From Felis catus (taxonomy: Eukaryota): 64,000 nt of DNA. Location of the stretch: the NCBI RefSeq assembly GCF_018350175.1, contig NC_058368.1, positions 31,312,001-31,376,000 of the forward strand. The letters are read 5' to 3'. Below, piece by piece: positions 39,799 to 53,426 of this stretch. The notes beneath the pieces were generated by a model. It made no database searches, was not told where the DNA came from, and saw nothing but the letters and a program-made list of their open reading frames with translations. Made by a program: the position numbers and the translations under genes. Each line of letters starts with the position of its first letter. The stretch's first letter is position 1.

Positions 39799-40162
39799 AA
39801 GCTATAGAAAAATTTTATCACTCAAAGAAGTCTACTCAGGTCTCTTTTAACCAGTCACTTTTGCCAGCACTTGCTCTGGCTACCATTGATCTGATTTTTC
39901 CCTTTACTTTTGCCTCTTCTAGAATGTCACACAAACAGAATGATACAGTGTGTAGCCTCTTATTTCTGGCTTCTTTCACTCAGCATAGTGTATTTGAATC
40001 ACCCATGTAGTGGATGTATTACTAGTTTGTTCCATTTTATTGCTGAGTAGTATTCTACTGTATGGATTGTATGTCACAATTGCTTATTTATTCACCAGTT
40101 AATGGACTTTTGGGTTTTTACTACTTTTTGTCTATTATGAACACAACTGCTACAAATAATTC

Positions 40163-40370
40163 TTTTTTAAGTTTATTTATTTATTTTGAGAGAGACAGAG
40201 AGTATGAGCAGGGGAGGGACAGAAAGAGAGGGAGAGAGAGAATCCCAAGCACTTTCCACACCATCAGCATAGAGCCTGATGTGGGGCTTGAACTCATGAA
40301 ACTGTGACATCATGACCTGAGCTGAAACTGAGAGTTAGACACTTAACTGACTGGGCCACCCAGGTTCCCC
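40163..40370 (-). mobile_element. CanSINE
   Basis: Reverse SINE ending caggttcccc. Confidence 0.92.
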
Positions 40371-43300
40371 AAAATATTCTTTTTTAAAGCTCTTTGTATG
40401 GAAATCTGTTTTCACGTATTTTGGATAAGTAGGAATGGACTCAGTAGTTCATATGGTTAAGTGTATATCTAACTTAATAAAAACTACAGATCAATTTCCA
40501 AAGTGGTTATACCATTTTAAATTCTCACTAGAAATGCATGGAAGTTCCAGTTGCTTCACATACTTGCCTGAACTTGGTATTTTCAGTCCTATTTTAAAAG
40601 TAGCCATTCCAGAAGTATTTCATTGTGGTTTTAATCTCTTTTTTCTTAATGCTAATCCTGTTGGTTATCTTTTCATATGTCTATATACTGTTCTTTAATG
40701 AGGTATTTGTTAAAATATTTTTCCCTGTTTAATTGGAGTATTTGTCTTCACATTAATGATTTGTAAGAGTTTGTTACATATTCTGGATACAAGTTCTGTT
40801 CTGGGTATGTATTTTAAAAATATATTCTCTCAACCCATAGTTTCTTCTCACTTTTTTAAACAATGACTTACAAATATAACATGTTTTAACATTAATCATG
40901 TCCAATTTATTGATTCAAAATATTCTCTCTCATGTAAGAATTCTTTACTTAAACTGATAAACATGGTGTGTATCCTCATTTTTTTTTAGTTTTCTTTAAA
41001 TCTCTCATGAGTGCTTTTATAGTTTGTAGCATAGAAATTCTGCCCTTATTTATCCGTAAGTATTTTATTTTATTGATGGTGTTGTTTTAGCTTTATTTTT
41101 AATTTTTTAATGCTAATGTATAGAAATATAATTAATGTATATATATTAATCTACTATCCTGTAATTTTGTTGAATTCACTAATTAGTTCTAGCAGAAATT
41201 TTTTTTTAGATATTTAGATAGGATTTTTACAAACTGATCATGTTTTTTATTTAAAAAACTATTTTTATTTCTTTCTTTCCAATATGTATATTTTTAAATT
41301 TCTTTTTCTTTCTTTATTGCACTAAAAGGACTCTCCACAACAATGTTGAATAAAATTGGTGACAACAGACATCCTTCTCTTCTTCCAGATCTTTGAGGAC
41401 TACATTCGGTCTTTAATCATTAAATATGATACAGTCTGAGGATGTTTTGTAGGTGTACCTTGTCAACTTGAGGAAGTTACTCTTTATTGATTGTTTGATG
41501 AGAATTTCTGTCATGAATGGAAGGTCAAATTTTTCAAATACTTTTCCTTTAATTATAGGGATATTTGCGTTTTCTCCCTATGTGTTGATTACAGTTAACT
41601 TTTCATACGTTGAAATAAACTTTTATTTGTTAGATAATTCTCACTTGATTAAAATGTATTTTACTTATATATTGCTTTTATGCATTTGCTAATATTTCGT
41701 TAAGGATTTTGTATCTTATTCCATAAAATATCTTTATAGTTTTCTGTTCTTGTAAAGAGGTGGATACATGTGACTACAATAGGGTGTCTGTTATAATGGC
41801 AATTGCACTAGGCTAAGGGTATGAGACCAGCAAAGTTCTTCAACTGGGAGTGCTCCCAGACACTTCAATGCTTACTGCAACTTGTAAGAAACAATAGAGA
41901 AGTGGTAACACGATAGTACACACAAGCTAAATAAGCAAAAATGGGAACGACCACAATAATTTTTAGGACCAAAATAAGAAATGGACAGACTCTGATCTGT
42001 ACATTGAGAGCTAAAATACCTCCACTGTAGCCAGAAAGCGTAGATTCACATATTACTTCCACCTAGGTTGAAAAGCAAGTACCTTGTAAAGGGATTAAGT
42101 GCCAAAGATAGAACTCATACTTTGGATTATTTATAATTTATTTAATTACATAATGACAGAGTGATTAATTTGTGTTATTTAAGCTTTATGTTCTGTATAC
42201 CTCCAGGATATATTGGGTCTACTGGAATAGGAGCCATATATAACCAAGCTACCAGATATCCTATTAAAATTGTTGAGTGAGCGGGACCTATCCAAATGGG
42301 GGTCGCATGATATTGGGCATGAAAAAGTGTAATAATAATAACTCTGAAATACTGTCACCAGTGAATTATTATATCACAATATAAGGCAATGTGTTATGTC
42401 AGTTAATAACTTAAGGATCTGTTTTTAGCTGAGACCCTAGGATATGACTATTTCTAGCAAGAGGAGCAAGTAATAAAACTGCATTTTGTGATTTCAAGAT
42501 AGGAAACAGCATTGATAAATGCTCTTCTTCAGACAGGAATGTTGATTACAGTGCAGAAATAACACATGAAATAACACACAGTATCTTAAGATATTATGGA
42601 AAGAGAGAACCAATTAATGCCCTGGTGGTTAAAAAGGAAGTCAACATTTTTACCACTCATTGGATAAAAGCAAAACTTAATAAGAAACTTATAACAGAAA
42701 ACTTATTGCTTGCCTAAATCTAACTTGTTGCATTCACAGCATGTAAAGCAATGGCAGATGACATGACTAAGTAATTCTGGCAAATAATGACATTAAATTA
42801 AAAAAAAATACATCTCATCCTTGGACATATTCTGTAGTAAAAATTAATAAAGAAGATTTACCAAACCTGGGAGCAAGGCATTTTGTGAATGGAGGATTTT
42901 CCTATAACTACCTTTGTTAAGGTATACTACCATATCATATGAACAGATCTGAGGTGAGGAGAAATTCAAATGTGTTATCAGAACACCAGCTAATATATTT
43001 ATAATTCTACACATTTATACTTGTAATTAATATAAAATATTATAATCCTCTGTATGCAGGGCAACAAATGCCATGCCAGCAGATCTGAATGGATACATAT
43101 AAAATTTTTAAAAGTATAATTAATTTAGATTTTCTTTGTAAGCACATTAATTTGTCATTAAAGCATGACACTTAAAGATTACAATGTTCACACTCCTGAG
43201 AGAGCAAAGTGATCAAATACAGGCTTAGGAATGTGCAAGTAGGGTGTGTCAAAGTGATTTGTTGATGGTCTCTAGGATATAATACACGTTTTTGTTTTTT

Positions 43301-45622
43301 GTTTTTTGTTTTTTGTCAGCATGAAATGCCAAATAGGTGTGCTATGAGAACAAGATGTAAGTTTATTGCAACATTCACAATTATAACACTGTTCTTCTAT
43401 GTTGTTCCCTTCCACATTGATTATATCTTCTTGGTTATTCAAATCAAGTATTTCATTTGATTAACCTTTTTACAATTTGCTCTTTATCTCATCTCTAATC
43501 CCCTCCTTCATTTTTCATTTTGTTTGTTCAATTTAATTCATTCTAGGCTTTCATTTCAATAGTAGTCAGTTTGCTCTTTAATGCCCTTTTGGCATTACTT
43601 GTATGATTTCTCAGAATTCTCATGCTCATTTTAGTCATTTTCATTCCCCTAAAACATTTACAGTTGGATTATGTAAATAGAGGTCCAAAAAGCAAAAAAA
43701 AAAAAAAAATTACTAAACACTTCAAAAGCATATCATTTATATATATATATAAATGTGTATATATATATATCTTATTTCTTCAAAATAAATGATTCAAAAA
43801 TTATGTTAAATGCTTATAATTCTTATAAATGATTATATACCTACTAATATTAGTCAGTATTTATCAGTTAGTAGGAATATTTTTATATGATTTCTGGAAT
43901 TTGTTTGTTGATTGGTTAAAGTGACTGCTTGAAAACTATATAAAGCTGAAAATAGGGAAACTTATGTACATGTGCTCAGATAAATTCAGCTTATCATTGA
44001 ATGCATTATTGTCGTCATCATCAATACCAACACAGAGTATGGATTCATTCTCAAAAAGTAATTTTCCTAAGTCAACAAAACCCCTGAATAATGATTTCTA
44101 CATTGTAGGTGCAGAATGTATTTTATCTACTTTATTGAGCCATAACATTCAGATTCTGAGGATAACTAAACATACTATTTTCTTTTTAGAATAATGTTGA
44201 TAAGGATTATTTATGTGGTGCCCATTATCGGCAGATGAATAAACCTTGTTTTTTAGAACTAACAAGGATAATTATTTTGTTATGAACTACCCTCCTTGCA
44301 TAACTATGGAAGTCAACTTCCATACAGATTAATGAGAAGGTCTAACTTGGTATATAGGAAAAAATAAAATAATAAATGTTTTCAAATGGATTTATATAAT
44401 GATAGTAGTAATCTCTTCGGCTTTATGAAGACACACAGGCAACAGATTCAGCTTTAGATGATGAGAAAAACTGTGTTTGAAGTCAAATTATATTTGTTAT
44501 AAATCTTTGTTATGAAAAACCAAGCACTACTAAATGCTTAAGATATCCTCAGATTGAAGGTCTGCAAAAAAATGCATTGTAGTTAAAAGAAACTTTTGTG
44601 TGAGTTAGATTTGAGGCAAAATTCTGATTCTGCCACCAGATGGTCTTGAACAAGTTAGGTCCCTCATTCTGAGTGGAGGTATTAAATGAAAATATTTTCC
44701 TAGTTTGGTAGCAAACTATAGAAATTATTTCTGATGATCATCTTTAGCAGGGGAGCCATGAACTTGCCTCATCACTGCAATTCCCATCCAGAATCTTTAG
44801 GTTCAGCACCCTATATAAGCTTAGCTCTCATTCCTACACATTTCAGAGTACCCTTAAAACATGTCAGCTTCCCTCATTTGGCACCATATTGTATGCTATC
44901 AAAACAACTTCCTGTGACAGATTCCAATTTTGCTAGAAAGTTTTAAATCATGGAAGTCCATAAAATATAGATCCAACTTATTATAATCAATGATTGGATT
45001 GACTGCTTGTCCCTAAGAGCTTTTTGGTAAATGGATGAAAAAAATTCTATTTGTGATCCAATAGACTTTTTAAGATGAAATTGTATCAGGAAACTATTGT
45101 AAAAATTCCTCCAAAATACATAGAAAATAGGATCCAAATGACTATATTGTTCTCAAAAATCAAATATAAAATTCAAATTTCATCAGAGTACTGTGAGCAC
45201 ATTGAATTTACGTTTCAACAGTCTATTAAATATTTGCTTGGGGTTGATTTGCCTTAAGAAAAGGGGAAAACTCAACAACCCATTTTGTGCCAAAATTAAT
45301 TCGAACAGTAATACATTTTGTGCTCCACTGACTTTCAATTTATTACCAGTGGAGCTTGGTTGATTGTTTTGATCTTCAGTTTATTGGCAATGAGGTAGGA
45401 TTTACTGTGCCACCACCTTTCAGTAACATAAATGTTACTTCATTGAGCTGGTGCCTCATTGTAAAGCACGACAAGAAAATAATTTAATTGTCTGTCTTTG
45501 CTTCAACTCAGAATGCTTTTCAGTGTGGTAGAATGTTTAATGTCAAACTTGTCTCCTTGCATATTTATTTCTGCAATTTCAACTCTTCGAAGGTAAAATA
45601 TGTTAGTCTATGGAGCTGCCAT

Positions 45623-45656
45623 TGCAATTTGATGACAGGGACACCAGATGGCAGTG
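45623..45656 (+). promoter_or_regulatory. CTCF-like site with upstream module
   Basis: Core ACACCAGATGGCAGT (45641-45655, one mismatch to CCASYAGRKGGCRSY) with TGCAAT starting 18 nt upstream. Confidence 0.5.
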
Positions 45657-45992
45657 GGTCAGTCCTAAGGTATTAGATACTAGGGTGTAACTTTATACCC
45701 AAAGTATTGAATACCTTCTAAAACAGTTCATATTACACTTCAATAAATATACTCAAAGATTATTTTTAAAAAAACTTTTTAAATATAAACCCTATGATAC
45801 ATATATCTTTCCTTAATGACACTTAAATTTTTTTACAATTAACTCTTGATTTTTAGTGTCAAGGAAAGATTTATTTTAATTTTTAACTTCTTGTTATTTT
45901 TGTTTGGAATTTTGCTTCATTTCCCATAAACTCAGCTCTTTCTTCAATACTAGTATTCTGGCAATTTCCCAGTAAGTCCAGAGATGTTTTAC

Positions 45993-46031
<39 letters not shown>
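45993..46031. repeat. (TTA)n microsatellite
   Basis: Directly visible. Confidence 0.95.
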
Positions 46032-46439
46032 TTGGTTTCAAAAGAAGGTCCATATCACTCTTGGCTCCATGTCTCCATGTACATACACACTGATGTAGAC
46101 TCATTTCGTTTAAAGTAGATTCTCTTTCAAATTACTTCCACTAGATGATGTTTTCTGAGTAGATTGTCTAGAAAGCACCAACATGCCTTTTCATATTTAC
46201 CAATATTCAACTCTTACCTTTCTTTGATGAATTTTCTAGAAGGACTTTAGAGTTAAGGTGGCACAATGTTAGCATTGCCTTATGTGAACATTGAGAGGCC
46301 AGACATTAACAAGACATAGAGGAGATGTTGTTAAGGGAAATCAGGAATCTGTACTCTCCTTCCTAAATCTTGCTTGGGCAAATGCTTGCTTCCATTCTCT
46401 AAGATAGGTGTATAAACTAGAGGCAGGACAAACAAGTTT

Positions 46440-46910
46440 TAAAGTATAATAGTGGGTTATTGCTGACATTTTGTATTTGAGGTGCTCTTTGAATTTCAAG
46501 TATTGATATTACATAGTTTTTATATATGTTAGATTAAACATCATGTAAGAGATCTAACTTAGACATATAGACTTGAGAATCATCATCAGCATACAGGTAA
46601 TAGTTGGCCCTGCATTAAGTTTGACAATGAGTTACAGGGTTTTTCCAACATTCTAGAAGCAGGCAAAAAGTAGATTCCATAAAGGACATTGATATCCCAG
46701 TACATCAAAGAGGGCAAAAATGCTGGCATTATGACCACTAAGGGTGAAGTCTTCAAGAGGAGGAATTAATAGTGGTAAATTCTACAGAGTATCCAAAAAT
46801 GAAAAAAAAAAAAGGAAAAGAACAAAAAAATACAATATGGCCCATTATATTTGGCAATGAGGAAGTCATTGGTGACCTTAATGAAAGTCATTTCTGTGAA
46901 GTGTATTGGG
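46440..46910 (-). mobile_element. Degraded L2 fragment
   Basis: tttggcaatgaggaagtcattggtgacctt and gacttgagaatcatcatcagcatacaggta resemble reverse L2. Confidence 0.55.
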
Positions 46911-47429
46911 CAGATTTATATATAATAATATAATATCCCCATACTCTCAAACTAATATAAAGTTCTGGAAAGAGGAGTAAGAATCTTTTTTTTTTAATCG
47001 ATCGGGCATTATGGAGAAAAGGTGTATTACTGTCCCTCTCTTACCTGCCCTCTTCAACTAGCATCTGCTGAAGATGTAGCTGGTCCTTGAGCATGGCTTC
47101 TGACATGGGGTCAGAAGGGGTCCCAACATGGTGTTCAGTCAGACTGCCCATACAGGCAATCTGCATCCTGCTCACTCAGGGGCCAGACAATTCCACCTTT
47201 TTACTCATTCCACAGTGTCTACATCCCCATACAAAGAGGTCCAGGAAGCTGTGGCACTTCTGCCACTTGAAGCCAGGAAGTTCTCTTGTTGACCTTGACA
47301 CATCTTTGAGAAACAAATATTCAATTGCATTGATGCCGGGCTGTATGCAGACATTCTTCAAAAGGCTTTCACTCTCCCTGGGCTATATTCACGGAAATGC
47401 TGTTTCTTTTCAGAACTTTTAAATATATC

Positions 47430-47430
<1 letters not shown>

Positions 47431-47468
<38 letters not shown>

Positions 47469-47470
47469 TT
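47431..47470. repeat. (TTTA)n microsatellite
   Basis: Directly visible, just outside the L1 TSD. Confidence 0.95.
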
Positions 47471-47721
47471 CTGATGGCAGTGCTTTTCTTTTTTTTTTTT
47501 TATATATGAAATTTATTGACAAATTGGTTTCCATACAACACCCAGTGCTCATCCCAAAAGGTGCCCTCCTCAATACCCATCACCCACCCTCCTCTCCCTC
47601 CCACCCCCCATCAACCCTCAGTTTGTTCTCAGTTTTTAACAGTCTCTTATGCTTTGGCTCTCTCCCACTCTAACCTCTTTTTTTTTTCCTTCCCCTCCCC
47701 CATGGGTTCCTGTTAAGTTTC

Positions 47722-50700
47722 TCAGGATCCACATAAGAATGAAACCATATGGTATCTGTCTTTCTCTGCATGGCTTATTTCACTTAGCATCACACTCTCC
47801 AGTTCCATCCACGTTGCTACAAAAGGCCATATTTCATTTTTTCTCATTGCCACATAGTATTCCATTGTGTATATAAACCACAATTTCTTTATCCATTCAT
47901 CAGTTGATGGACATTTAGGCTCTTTCCATAATTTGGCTATTGTTGAGAGTGCTGCTATGAACATTGGGGTACAAGTGGCCCTATGCATCAGTACTCCTGT
48001 ATCCCTTGGATAAATTCCTAGCAGTGCTATTGCTGGGTCATAGGGTAGGTCTATTTTTAATTTTCTGAGGAACCTCCACACTGCTTTCCAGAGCGGCTGC
48101 ACCAATTTGCATTCCCACCAACAGTGCAAGAGGGTTCCCGTCTCTCCACATCCTCGCCAGCATCTAGAGTCTCCTGATTTGTTCATTTTGGCCACTCTGA
48201 CTGGCGTGAGGTGATACCTGAGTGTGGTTTTGATTTGTATTTCCCTGATAAGGAGCGACGCTGAACATCTTTTCATGTGCCTGTTGGCCATCCGGATGTC
48301 TTCTTTAGAGAAGTGTCTATTCATGTTTTCTGCCCATTTCTTCACTGGATTATTTGTTTTTCGGGTGTGGAGTTTGGTGAGCTCTTTATAGATTTTGGAT
48401 ACTAGCCCTTTGTCTGATATGTCATTTGCGAATATCTCTTCCCATTCCGTTGGTTGCCTTTTAGTTTTGTTGGTTGTTTCCTTTGCTGTGCAGAAGCTTT
48501 TTATCTTCATAAGGTCCCAGTAATTCACTTTTGCTTTTAATTCCTTTGCCTTTGGGGATGTGTCGAGTAAGAGATTGCTACAGCTGAGGTCAGAGAGGTC
48601 TTTTCCTGCTTTCTCCTCTAAGGTTTTAATGGTTTCCTGTCTCACATTTAGGTCCTTTATCCATTTTGAGTTTATTTTTGTGAACGGTGTGAGAAAGTGG
48701 TCTAGTTTCAACCTTCTGCATGTTGCTGTCCAGTTCTCCAAGCACCATTTGTTAAAGAGGCTGTCTTTTTTCCATTGGATGTTCTTTCCTGCTTTGTCAA
48801 AGATGAGTTGGCCATACGTTTGTGGGTCTAGTTCTGGGGTTTCTATTCTATTCCATTGGTCTGTGTCTGTTTTTGTGCCAATACCATGCTGTCTTGATGA
48901 TGACAGCTTTGTAGTAGAGGCTAAAGTCTGGGATTGTGATGCCTCCTGCTTTGGTCTTCTTCTTCAGAATTCCTTTGGCTATTCGGGGCCTTTTGTGGTT
49001 CCATATGAATTTTAGGATTGCTTGTTCTAGTTTCGAGAAGAATGCTAGTGCAAATTTGATTGGGATTGCATTGAATGTGTAGATAGCTTTGGGTAGTATT
49101 GACATTTTGACAATATTTATTTTTCCAATCCATGAGCAGGGAATGTCTTTCCATTTCTTTAAATCTTCTTCAATTTCCTTCATAAGCTTTCTATAGTTTT
49201 CAGCATACAGATCCTTTACATCTTTGGTTAGATTTATTCCTAGGTATTTTATGCTTCTTGGTGCAATTGTGAATGGGATCAGTTTCTTTATTTGTCTTTC
49301 TGTTGCTTCATTGTTAGTGTATAAGAATGCAACTGATTTCTGTACATTGATTTTGTATCCTGCAACTTTGCTGAATTCCTGTATCAGTTCTAGCAGACTT
49401 TTGGTGGAGTCTATCGGATTTTCCATGTATAATATCATGACATCTGCAAAAAGCGAAAGCTTGACTTCATCTTTGCCAATTTTGATGCCTTTGATTTCCT
49501 TTTGTTGTCTGATTGCTGATGCTAGAACTTCCAGCACTATGTTAAACAGCAGCGGTGAGAGTGGGCATCCTTGTCGTGTTCCTGATCTCAGGGAAAAAGC
49601 TCTCAGTTTTTCCCCGTTGAGGATGATGTTAGCTGTGGGCTTTTCATAAATGGCTTTTATGATCTTTAAGTATGTTCCTTCTATCCCGACTTTCTCAAGG
49701 GTTTTTATTAAGAAAGGGTGCTGGATTTTGTCAAAGGCCTTTTCTGCATCGATTGACAGGATCATATGGTTCTTTTTTTGTTGTTGTTGTTAATGTGATG
49801 TATCACGTTGATTGATTTGCGAATGTTGAACCAGCCCTGCATCCTAGGAATGAATCCCACTTGATCATGGTGAATAATTCTTTTTATATGCCATTGAATT
49901 CGATTTGCTAGTATCTTATTGAGAATTTTTGCATCCATATTCATCAGGGATATTGGCCTGTAGTTCTCTTTTTTTACTGGGTCTCTGTCTGGTTTAGGAA
50001 TCAAAGTAATACTGGCTTCATAGAATGAGTCTGGAAGTTTTCCTTCCCTTTCTATTTCTTGGAATAGCTTGAGAAGGATAGGTATTATCTCTGCTTTAAA
50101 AGTCTGGTAGAACTCCCCTGGGAAGCCATCTGGTCCTGGACTCTTATTTGTTGGGAGATTTTGGATAACCGATTCAATTTCTTCGCTGCTTATGGGTCTG
50201 TTCAAGCTTTCTATTTCCTCCTGATTGAGTTTTGGAAGAGTGTGGGTGTTCAGGAATTTGTCCATTTCTTCCAGGTTGTCCAATTTGTTGGCATATAATT
50301 TTTCATAGTAGTCCCTGATAATTGTTTGTATCTCTGAGGGATTGGTTGTAATAATCCCATTTTCATTCATGATTTTATCTATTTGGGTCATCTCCCTTTT
50401 CTTTTTGAGAAGCCTGGCTAGAGGTTTGTCAATTTTGTTTATTTTTTCAAAAAAAACAACTCTTGGTTTCGTTGATCTGCTCTACAGTTTTTTTAGATTC
50501 TATATTGTTTATTTCTGCTCTGATCTTTATTATTTCTCTTCTTCTGCTGGGTTTAGGCTGCCTTTGCTGTTCTGCTTCTAGTTCCTTTAGGTGTGCTGTT
50601 AGATTTTGTATTTGGGATTTTTCTTGTTTCTTGAGATAGGCCTGGATTGCAATGTATTTTCCTCTCAGGACTGCCTTCGCTGCGTCCCAAAGCGTTTGGA

Positions 50701-51547
50701 TTGTTGTATTTTCATTTTCGTTTGTTTCCATATATTTTTTAATTTCTTGTCTAATTGCCTGGTTGACCCACTCATTCGTTAGTAGGGTGTTCTTTAACCT
50801 CCATGCTTTTGGAGGTTTTCCAGACTTTTTTCTGTGGTTGATTTCAAGCTTCATAGCGTTGTGGTCTGAAAGTATGCATGGTATAATTTCAATTCTTGTA
50901 AACTTATGAAGGGCTGTTTTGTGACCCAGTATATGATCTATCTTGGAGAATGTTCCATGTGCACTCGAGAAGAAAGTATATTCTGTTGCTTTGGGATGTA
51001 GAGTTCTAAATATATCTGTCAAGTCCATCTGATCCAATGTCTCATTCAGGGCCCTTGTTTCTTTATTGACCGTGTGTCTAGATGATCTATCCATTTCTGT
51101 AAGTGGGGTGTTAAAGTCCCCTGCAATTACCACATTCTTATCAATAAGGTTGCTTATGTTTATGAGTAATTGTTTTATATATTTGGGGGCTCCGGTATTC
51201 AGCGCATAGACATTTATAATTGTTAGCTCTTCCTGATGGATAGATCCTGTAACTATTATATAATGTCCTTCTTCATCTCTTGTTACAGCCTTTAATTTAA
51301 AGTCTAATTTGTCTGATATAAGTATGGCTACTCCAGCTTTCTTTTGGTTTCCAGTCGCATGATAAATAGTTCTCCATCCCCTCACTCTCAATCTAAAGGG
51401 GTCCTCAGGTCTAAAATGAGTCTCTTGTAGACAGCAACTAGATGGGTCTTGTTTTTTTATCCATTCTGATACCCTATGTCTTTTGGTTGACGCATTTAAT
51501 CCATTTACATTCAGTGTTATTATAGAAAGATACGGGTTTAGAGTCAT
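47722..51547 (-). pseudogene. L1 ORF2 (endonuclease / reverse transcriptase / Cys-rich), disrupted
   Basis: MTLNPYLSIITLNVNGLN, LQETH, GDFN, SDHN (EN); YRPISL, QGCPLSP, FADV, YLG (RT). Split over four ORFs by frameshifts near 50450, 49770 and 48860. Confidence 0.95.
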
Positions 51548-51597
51548 TGTGATGTCTGTATGTTTTATGCTTGCAGTGATGTCTCTGGGACTTTGTC

Positions 51598-52491
51598 TCA
51601 CAGGGTCCCCCTTAGGATCTCTTGTAGGGCTGGTTTAGTGGTGACAAATTCCTTCAGTTTTTGTTTGTTTGGAAGACCTTTATCTCTCCTTCTATTCTAA
51701 ATGACAGACTTGCTGGATAAAGGATTCTTGGCTGCATATTTTTTTCTGTCTAGCACCCTGAAAATCTCGTGCCAATTCTTTCTGGCCTGCCAAGTTTCAA
51801 AAGAGAGATCAGTCACGAGTCTTATAGGTCTCCCTTTATATGTGAGGGCACGTTTACCCCTTGCTGCTTTCAGAATTTTCTCTTTATCCTTGTATTTTGC
51901 CAGTTTCATTATGGTATGTCGTGCAGAAGATCAATTCAAGTTACGTCTGAAGGGAGTTCTCTGTGCCTCTTGGATTTCAATGCCTTTTTCCTTCCCCAGT
52001 TCAGGGAAGTTCTCAGCTATTATTTCTTCAAGTACCCCTTCAGCACCTTTCCCTCTCTCTTCCTCCTCTGGGATACCAATTATGCGTATATTATTTCTTT
52101 TTAGTGTATCACTTAGTTCTCTAATTTTCCCCTCATACTCCTGGATTTTTTTATCTCTCTTTTTCTCAGCTTCCTCTTTTTCCATAACTTTATCCTCTAG
52201 TTCACCTATTCTCTCCTCTGCCTCTTCAAGCCGAGCTGTGGTGGTTTCCATTTTGTTATGCATTTCGTTTAAAGCGTTTTTCAGCTCCTTGTGACTGTTC
52301 CTTAGTCCCTTGATCTCTGTAGCAAGAGATTCTCTGCTGTCCTGTATACTGTTTTCAAGCCCAGCGATTAATTTTATGACTATTATTCTAAATTCACTTT
52401 CTGTTGTATTATTTAAATCCTTTTTGATCAGCTCATTAGCTGTTGTTATTTCCTGGAGATTCTTCTGAGGGGAATTCTTCCGCTTGGTCAT
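51598..52491 (-). pseudogene. L1 ORF1 (coiled-coil RNA-binding protein), disrupted
   Basis: MTKRKNSPQK...NNIRIIGIPEEEE...EIQEAQR; in-frame TGA at 51931-51933; frameshifts near 51740 and 51670; natural stop at 51598. Confidence 0.93.
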
Positions 52492-53099
52492 TTTGGATAG
52501 TCCCTGGCGTGGTGAGGACCTGCAGGGCACTTCCCCTGTGCTGTGGTGTATAACTAGAGTTGGTGGGCGGGGCCGCAGTTCGACCTGATGTCTGCCCCCA
52601 GCCCACAGCTGGGGCCACAGTCAGACTGGTGTGTGCCTTCTCTTCCCCTCTCCTAGGGGCGGGATTCACTGTGGGGTGGTGTGGCCAGTCTGGGCTACTT
52701 GCACACTGCCAGGCTTGTGATGCTGGGGATCTGGCGTATTAGCTGGGGTGGGTAGGCAAGGTGCACAGGGGCAGGAGGGACAGGCTTAGATCGCTTCTCC
52801 TTAGGTGATCCACTTCAGGAGGGGCCCTGTGGCAGCGGGAGGGAGTCAGATCTGCTGCCGGAGGTTTGGCTCCGCAGAAGCACAGAGTTGGGTGTTTGCA
52901 GGGAGCGAGCAAGTTCCCTGGCAGGAACTGGTTCTCTTTGGGATTTTGGCTGGGGGATGGGCGGGGGAGATGGCGCTGGCGAGCGCCTTTGTTCCCCACC
53001 AAACTGAGCTCTGTCGTCAGGGGGCTCAGCAGCTCTCCCTCCCTTTGTCCTCCAGCCTTCCCGCTTTCCAAGCAGAGCTGTTAACTTATGACCTCCCAG

Positions 53100-53426
53100 A
53101 GGCTAAGTCGCGCTTGCTGTTGGAACACACTCCGTCCTTCCGGCCCCTCTGCTTTTGCAAGCCAGACTCAGGGGCTCTGCTAGGCCGGCGAGCCGCCCCT
53201 CCGCCCCGGCTCCCTCCCGCCTATCCGTGGAGCACGCACCGCCTCGCTGCCCTTCCTACCCTCTTTCGTGGGCCTCTCGTCTGCGTTTGGCTCCGGCGAC
53301 TCCGTTCTGCTAATCCTCTGGCGGTTTTCTGGGTTATTTAGGCAGGTGTAGGTGGAATCTAAGTGATCAGCAGGACGTGCGGTGAGCCCAGCATCCTCCT
53401 AAGCCGCCATCTTGCTGGATCCTCCA
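53100..53426 (-). promoter_or_regulatory. L1 internal promoter: CpG-rich 5' UTR with YY1-type motif
   Basis: Minus strand CAAGATGGCGGC at about 53403-53414 near the 5' end; dense CpGs 53100-53410. Confidence 0.75.

Larger units (their letters stand above)
39240..41755 (-). mobile_element. Ancient L1M (L1MB/MC-like) 3' fragment interrupted by three SINEs
   Basis: Reverse L1 phrases (tggcttctttcactcagcata; tgctgagtagtattc; tatattctggatacaag-like; caatgttgaataaaattggtgacaacagacatcctt). Confidence 0.75.
47489..53426 (-). mobile_element. Full-length felid LINE-1 (~5.9 kb), inactivated
   Basis: 5' UTR, ORF1, ORF2, 3' UTR and poly(A) present; perfect 15-bp TSD atggcagtgcttttc at 47474-47488 and 53427-53441. 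Confidence 0.98.

Noticed and set aside
41760..42340. Possible ERVL internal fragment
   Set aside because: Too degraded to call from sequence alone.
47087..47422. 111-aa ORF in a GC-richer patch next to the L1
   Set aside because: No recognisable domain or convincing splice sites.
48560..53341. Plus-strand ORFs of 70-197 aa over the L1
   Set aside because: Antisense shadows of L1 ORF1/ORF2 and the GC-rich UTR; no independent evidence of coding.
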